Shown here in pieces: positions 59,954 to 64,000 of a stretch of 64,000 nt of DNA. Under the pieces are notes generated by a model. The model did no database searches, was not told the origin of the DNA, and worked only from the letters and a program-made list of their open reading frames with translations. This stretch comes from Terriglobia bacterium. Its GTDB lineage: Bacteria; Acidobacteriota; Terriglobia; Acidiferrales; UBA7541. The position numbers and the translations under genes were made by a program. Position 1 is the first letter of the stretch, and the number at the start of each line of letters is the position of its first letter. Where the stretch lies: positions 3,296,001 to 3,360,000 of the forward strand of contig OY968796.1 of assembly GCA_963695545.1 (NCBI GenBank), given 5' to 3'.

Positions 59954-60382
59954 GTGCCTTCCGCTCCCGCCTGGGACGCCATCCTCAACGGTACCAGCGG
60001 CGTCCTCTTGCTCTGTGGCTACGTCATGATCCGCAAAGGGCGCATCCTCGCGCACAAAACATTCATGATCTCCGCCGTCGTCTGCTCCGCGATTTTCCTC
60101 GTCAATTACGTCGTCTATCATCTCCGCGTCGGAGTGCATCGCTTCCAGGGCCAGGGCGCCATACGCCCGGTCTATTTCACGATCCTCATTTCGCACACCA
60201 TTCTCGCCATCGCCATCGTTCCGCTCGTGATCATCGTTCTCACCCGCGCGCTTCGCGGACAATTCATGCGTCACCGCGCTCTCGCCCGCTGGACGTTTCC
60301 CATCTGGGTCTATGTCTCCATCACCGGAGTCATCGTCTATTTCCTGCTCTATCGACTCTACGCGGCCGGGCCGCACGTTTGA
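59954..60382 (+). CDS. DUF420/YozB (CtaM-like) oxidase assembly membrane protein
   Basis: A.LNG, HKTFM, Y..YH, YFTILISH, H..LARWTFPIWVYVSITGV motifs. Confidence 0.88.
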   Translation: MPSAPAWDAILNGTSGVLLLCGYVMIRKGRILAHKTFMISAVVCSAIFLVNYVVYHLRVGVHRFQGQGAIRPVYFTILISHTILAIAIVPLVIIVLTRALRGQFMRHRALARWTFPIWVYVSITGVIVYFLLYRLYAAGPHV

Positions 60383-61272
60383 CGACCCCCGTCGATAAGT
60401 ACGTGCCCGCGCCCGTGCCCGTCGCCGAATCCTCCGCGCCGCGCCCAGGAATGAAGCGCCGCTGGCTCTTCGCCATCCTCGCTCTCGTTCTGCTCTTCGT
60501 TCTCATGCCGTTCCTGTTCTGGCAAGCCACATGGTTCGGCCGCCCGCTCACCGATTCCCAAATCGCTGAATACCTCGATCCCACCGCGCGCCCGCGCGAT
60601 ACGCAACATGCCCTCGCGCAAATCGAACAGCGCATCGAAAGTCCCAATGCCGCCGTGAGCGACTCAGCGCGTGCGTGGTATCCGGACATCATCCGCATCA
60701 GCACTCAGGGCGGCCCAGAGCTGCGCCTCACCGCCGCCTGGGTCATGGGCCAGGACAACACCGCGCCCGAATTTCACCAGGCACTTTTGCATCTCTTGAC
60801 CGACCCCGACCCCATGGTTCGCCGCAACGCCGCGCTCGGCCTCGTGCGCTTCGCCGATTCCGCAGGCCACGACGAAATCCTGGCCATGCTCTCGCCCACA
60901 ACGCTCGCCTCGCCGGCTGCCGGCGTTCTCTCCATTCGCGTAAAAACTGGCGACACCGTAAATCCCGGCACGATGGTCGCGCGCGTCACATCCGGCGATC
61001 AAAAGATCGAGCTGCGTTCCCAAATGCCCGGCACCGCCGGCCCCTGGCTAGTCACCGACGGCGCGCAAGTCACCGCCGCCGAGCCTCTCCTCGTGCTCGA
61101 TCCCAGCTCTGATATGGTTTGGGAATCCCTGCGCGCCCTCTACCTGATCGGCCAGCCTTCAGATCTATCCGCCGTAATTTCCTACACGCACCCGCCCGCC
61201 GATTTTCCCGCCAGCATCGCGCAGCAAGCCGCGGCCACAGCCGCAGCGATCCGCTCCCGCGCTCAGCATTAA
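60379..61272 (+). CDS. Membrane-anchored HEAT-repeat protein with biotin/lipoyl-like domain
   Basis: TM 'PFLFWQATWFGR', HEAT 'DPDPMVRRNAALGL', lipoyl-fold 'VKTGDTVNPG...IELRSQMPG'. Confidence 0.75.
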   Translation: MTTPVDKYVPAPVPVAESSAPRPGMKRRWLFAILALVLLFVLMPFLFWQATWFGRPLTDSQIAEYLDPTARPRDTQHALAQIEQRIESPNAAVSDSARAWYPDIIRISTQGGPELRLTAAWVMGQDNTAPEFHQALLHLLTDPDPMVRRNAALGLVRFADSAGHDEILAMLSPTTLASPAAGVLSIRVKTGDTVNPGTMVARVTSGDQKIELRSQMPGTAGPWLVTDGAQVTAAEPLLVLDPSSDMVWESLRALYLIGQPSDLSAVISYTHPPADFPASIAQQAAATAAAIRSRAQH

Positions 61273-61309
61273 ATTGTTTGGTGAGAACTTGTAAGGAAGG
61301 GAACTACGC

Positions 61310-61687
61310 TCAATACGGCAACGCGCCCTGCTCCGTCTCAAACTCCGCCAGCGGAATCAAATCGATCGCATCCCAAGGGCAGCCTTCAAGGAACGTCCCA
61401 TCCGGCCCCTTGCTCGTGCACAACTTGCATCCGATGCACAACAGCGGATCCACGATAATCCGTCCCATCGGTGGATGATCCGGGTCCGACGCCCAGAACA
61501 TGCAATCTTCCACCGGGCAATAATCCACGCAAGCCGGAGATCCCGCGCATCCCGTGCAGCACTCATTAATCACGGCCAAAATGTGCGGTTTGCGCTTGCG
61601 CTTGTCGTTCCGCCCGGCCGACCGCGGCTCTTCTTTCTCCACTTGGCCCGCGACGTACTCTTCAATGGAAGGCTGTGTGTAAGGCAC
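61310..61687 (-). CDS. 4Fe-4S dicluster ferredoxin-like protein
   Basis: CTGCAGSPACVDYCP and CIGCKLC...GCPWDAI motifs; GAGGA RBS plus GTG. Confidence 0.85.
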   Translation of the reverse strand: MPYTQPSIEEYVAGQVEKEEPRSAGRNDKRKRKPHILAVINECCTGCAGSPACVDYCPVEDCMFWASDPDHPPMGRIIVDPLLCIGCKLCTSKGPDGTFLEGCPWDAIDLIPLAEFETEQGALPY

Positions 61688-61740
61688 CCGATGTCCTCAC
61701 TTCAAAAGCACGCCCATTTTTGCCGAGCGCACGGTCAATG

Positions 61741-62757
61741 TCAATCGGCAGTAACGCCCTCGAGCGCGCCGACCACCGCATCCGTAAACTCTTCCGTCGA
61801 AGACTTCCCGCCCACATCGCGTGTCAAGTGCCGCCCTTCCCGAAACACGCGCGCCACGGCTTCCTCAATGCGCTGCGCCGCCGGAATCTCATTCAGATAA
61901 TTCAGCATCATCACGGCGCTCAAAATCAGCGCCGTCGGATTCGCGATCCCGCGCCCCGCGATATCGGGCGCCGTGCCATGCACAGCCTCAAACAGCGCCG
62001 CGTGCTCGCCGATATTTCCGCTTCCCACCAGGCCGAGTCCGCCCACCAGGCCCGCGCACAGATCGCTCACCACGTCGCCGTAAAGATTCGGCAGCACCAT
62101 CATGTCGAATTGCTGCGGATTCATCACCAGTTGCATGCAGGTATTGTCCACGATCATTTCCGCGTACCCAATCTCCGGGAATTCCTTGGCGATGCGCCGC
62201 GTCGCGCTCAAAAACATTCCATCGGAAAGCTTCATGATGTTCGCTTTGTGAATCGCGTGAATCTTTTTGCGTCCGATGCGCCGCGCGTACTCAAACGCAA
62301 ATCGCGCAATGCGCGTCGAAGCCTTGTCCGTGATAATTTTCAAACTCTCGACCACTCCCGGCACGATGGTGTGCTCGAGTCCCGCGTAAAGATCCTCGGT
62401 GTTCTCCCGCACCACCACCAAATCCACGCCCTTCCATCGCGAAGGCGCGCCCTCCAGATTCCGCGCCGGCCGCAAATTCGCGTAAAGGTCCAGTTCCTTC
62501 CGCAGCGCCACGTTGATGCTCGGCGGCCCTTCCGCAATCGGTGTGGACATCGGCCCTTTGAGGCCCACGTGGTTGCGCTCGATCGAATCGAGCGCCTCGC
62601 GATGCGGAAATTCTCCTGTCCGCCGCCCCGCCGCCGAAGGCGCCTCAACCACCTCCCAATCGACACCCACCCCCGCCGCCGCGATCACGCGCTGCGTGGC
62701 CTTCGCCACTTCCGGCCCCACTCCATCGCCAGGCAACAATGTGATCGTATGCCGCAT
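61741..62757 (-). CDS. Isocitrate/isopropylmalate dehydrogenase family protein (NAD-IDH-like)
   Basis: PGDGVGPEV, SINVALRK, RENTE, HKANIMK, NLYGD and EAVHGTAPDIAG motifs; ATG 62757. Confidence 0.92.
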   Translation of the reverse strand: MRHTITLLPGDGVGPEVAKATQRVIAAAGVGVDWEVVEAPSAAGRRTGEFPHREALDSIERNHVGLKGPMSTPIAEGPPSINVALRKELDLYANLRPARNLEGAPSRWKGVDLVVVRENTEDLYAGLEHTIVPGVVESLKIITDKASTRIARFAFEYARRIGRKKIHAIHKANIMKLSDGMFLSATRRIAKEFPEIGYAEMIVDNTCMQLVMNPQQFDMMVLPNLYGDVVSDLCAGLVGGLGLVGSGNIGEHAALFEAVHGTAPDIAGRGIANPTALILSAVMMLNYLNEIPAAQRIEEAVARVFREGRHLTRDVGGKSSTEEFTDAVVGALEGVTAD

Positions 62758-62763
62758 CGAGTC

Positions 62764-62792
62764 ATTGTACGGAAATCGCGCGGTGTTGTCGA
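62764..62792 (-). promoter_or_regulatory. Promoter of the dehydrogenase gene (likely leaderless)
   Basis: Minus strand TCGACA-17 nt-TACAAT, 6 nt before the ATG. Confidence 0.6.
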
Positions 62793-62817
62793 AACCAGTG
62801 TCTCCGCCGGTTGCAAC

Positions 62818-62846
62818 CTGACACATCCTGCAGCATCTGATATAAT
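62818..62846 (+). promoter_or_regulatory. sigma70 promoter of the A-type Fe-S carrier gene
   Basis: CTGACA-17 nt-TATAAT with an extended -10 TG. Confidence 0.75.
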
Positions 62847-62925
62847 GACCCTGTAGAGCAGTTGGCCAACGATGCCCAGTCACACCCAGGCGCTCTAAGC
62901 GTCTCTCAGCGGAGGATTTAGGACC

Positions 62926-63249
62926 ATGCTGAACGTCACACCGGTTGCGACCGAAAAGGTCAAGGAAATCATGGGGCAGCAGACCCCGGCCCCCACGGCC
63001 CTGCGCGTCGCCGTGGTTGGCGGCGGCTGTTCGGGCTTCTCTTATCACATGGCTTTCGATAGCAAAGAGAATGACACCGACAACGTCTACGAATTTGGCG
63101 GCCTGAAAGTGCTCGTCGATCAGATGAGCGAGATGTATCTCGACGGCGTGCAGATCGACTACGTCGAAACTCTCGAAGGCGCTGGCTTCAAATTCAACAA
63201 TCCCAACGTCAAGAGCACCTGCGGCTGCGGCAGTTCCTTCAGCGTATAA
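62926..63249 (+). CDS. erpA: A-type Fe-S carrier (HesB/IscA/ErpA)
   Basis: GGGCSGFSY and NPN...TCGCGSSF motifs; paralog assignment (erpA vs iscA) uncertain. Confidence 0.85.
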   Translation: MLNVTPVATEKVKEIMGQQTPAPTALRVAVVGGGCSGFSYHMAFDSKENDTDNVYEFGGLKVLVDQMSEMYLDGVQIDYVETLEGAGFKFNNPNVKSTCGCGSSFSV

Positions 63250-63269
63250 ACTACGCAATTGCCTTTGCA

Positions 63270-63310
63270 GGGGGCGGAGGTCGCCGCGGCGACTCTTCGC
63301 CCCTTTTTTT
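63270..63310 (+). terminator. Intrinsic terminator after the A-type carrier gene
   Basis: GGGGCGGAG-GTCGCC...GGCGAC-TCTTCGCCCC followed by T7. Confidence 0.85.
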
Positions 63311-63482
63311 TGCGCCCGCGCCTCAAGGGTTTCCGAGCGCTAACGCCGCGCCCCGCTTCGCCAAGTTATCTCGGTCGGGACGGGCAGTTCATTTGTCCGC
63401 TTCGCACGTTGCCCCGCATTCTGTGCTTCTGCGACACTTATCGTTCCTTTGAACTTCTGAACCTGTATAATTCGCGGAAACC

Positions 63483-64000
63483 ATGACACTCGCGCCGGGC
63501 ACAACGCTTGGAGCTTACGAGATCGTCGCGCACGTCGGCGCCGGCGGAATGGGCGACGTTTATCTCGCGCGCGACACAAAACTCGGCCGCAATGTTGCCA
63601 TCAAAGTTCTTCCGCCCGCATTCGTCGAGAATCCTGAGCGCCTCGCCCGTTTCCGCCGCGAAGCCCAAATCCTCGCTTCGCTGAATCATCCGAATATCGC
63701 CACCATCCATGGCCTCGAAGAATCCGCCAACGTGCCCGCTCTCGTCATGGAATATCTCGAAGGCCAAACGCTCGCGCGCTGTCTGGTCCACGGCGCGCTG
63801 CCGCCCGAGCGAGTCCTCGCACTGGGAATCGAAATTGCCGACGCCCTCGATGCGGCGCACGCCAAAGGAATCGTTCACCGCGACATCAAGCCTGCCAACA
63901 TTTTCATCACCGAGCGCGGTCACGCCAAAGTTCTCGATTTTGGTCTCGCAAAAATGGGACAGGATCCGGTTTCATCCGCTGCCCTGGAGACGATCTTCAC
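63483..64000 (+). CDS. Hanks-type Ser/Thr protein kinase (3'-truncated; absent from the ORF track)
   Basis: [47 protein letters not shown] and DFGLAK motifs. Confidence 0.93.
   Translation, partial: MTLAPGTTLGAYEIVAHVGAGGMGDVYLARDTKLGRNVAIKVLPPAFVENPERLARFRREAQILASLNHPNIATIHGLEESANVPALVMEYLEGQTLARCLVHGALPPERVLALGIEIADALDAAHAKGIVHRDIKPANIFITERGHAKVLDFGLAKMGQDPVSSAALETIF

Noticed and set aside
59763..60029. Peptide ORF with a repeated GLRGAHCFT motif
   Set aside because: An artefact of the 27-bp repeat; overlaps two better-supported genes and lacks an RBS

Overview
GC-rich bacterial chromosomal segment, densely coding and mostly on the + strand. Gene content and order suggest an Acidobacteriota genome (inference). 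In order it contains: a partial TMTC-like GT-C/TPR protein; yiaK; a PilC-PilB-PilMNOP-minor-pilin type IV filament/T2SS platform; tRNA-Ala(CGC); a 13-gene metabolic and peptidoglycan-recycling run (lacD, yjbQ, hemW, ltaE, acyl-CoA dehydrogenase, meaB, MBL hydrolase, DUF4440, mtnP, pfkB kinase, ldcA, mpl, M61); lpxD; a small accessory patch bordered by REP-like palindromes; murJ-xerD-nucleotidyltransferase-dnaE-accA; and a ~19-kb respiratory supercluster. The supercluster encodes a Cys-type (System I*) Ccm pathway with two extra CcmI-like proteins, hemH, Rieske, split cytochrome b, an octaheme cytochrome c, a likely blue-copper lipoprotein, ctaA, ctaB, DUF420 and a HEAT/lipoyl-like protein, but no oxidase subunits. 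The best leads are that supercluster, a candidate sRNA with an anti-Shine-Dalgarno loop (41537-41632), a tRNA nucleotidyltransferase homolog whose EDxxR template reads NQxxR, and several apparently leaderless genes. No CRISPR array, prophage or IS element was seen. All calls come from reading motifs by eye; no searches were run.
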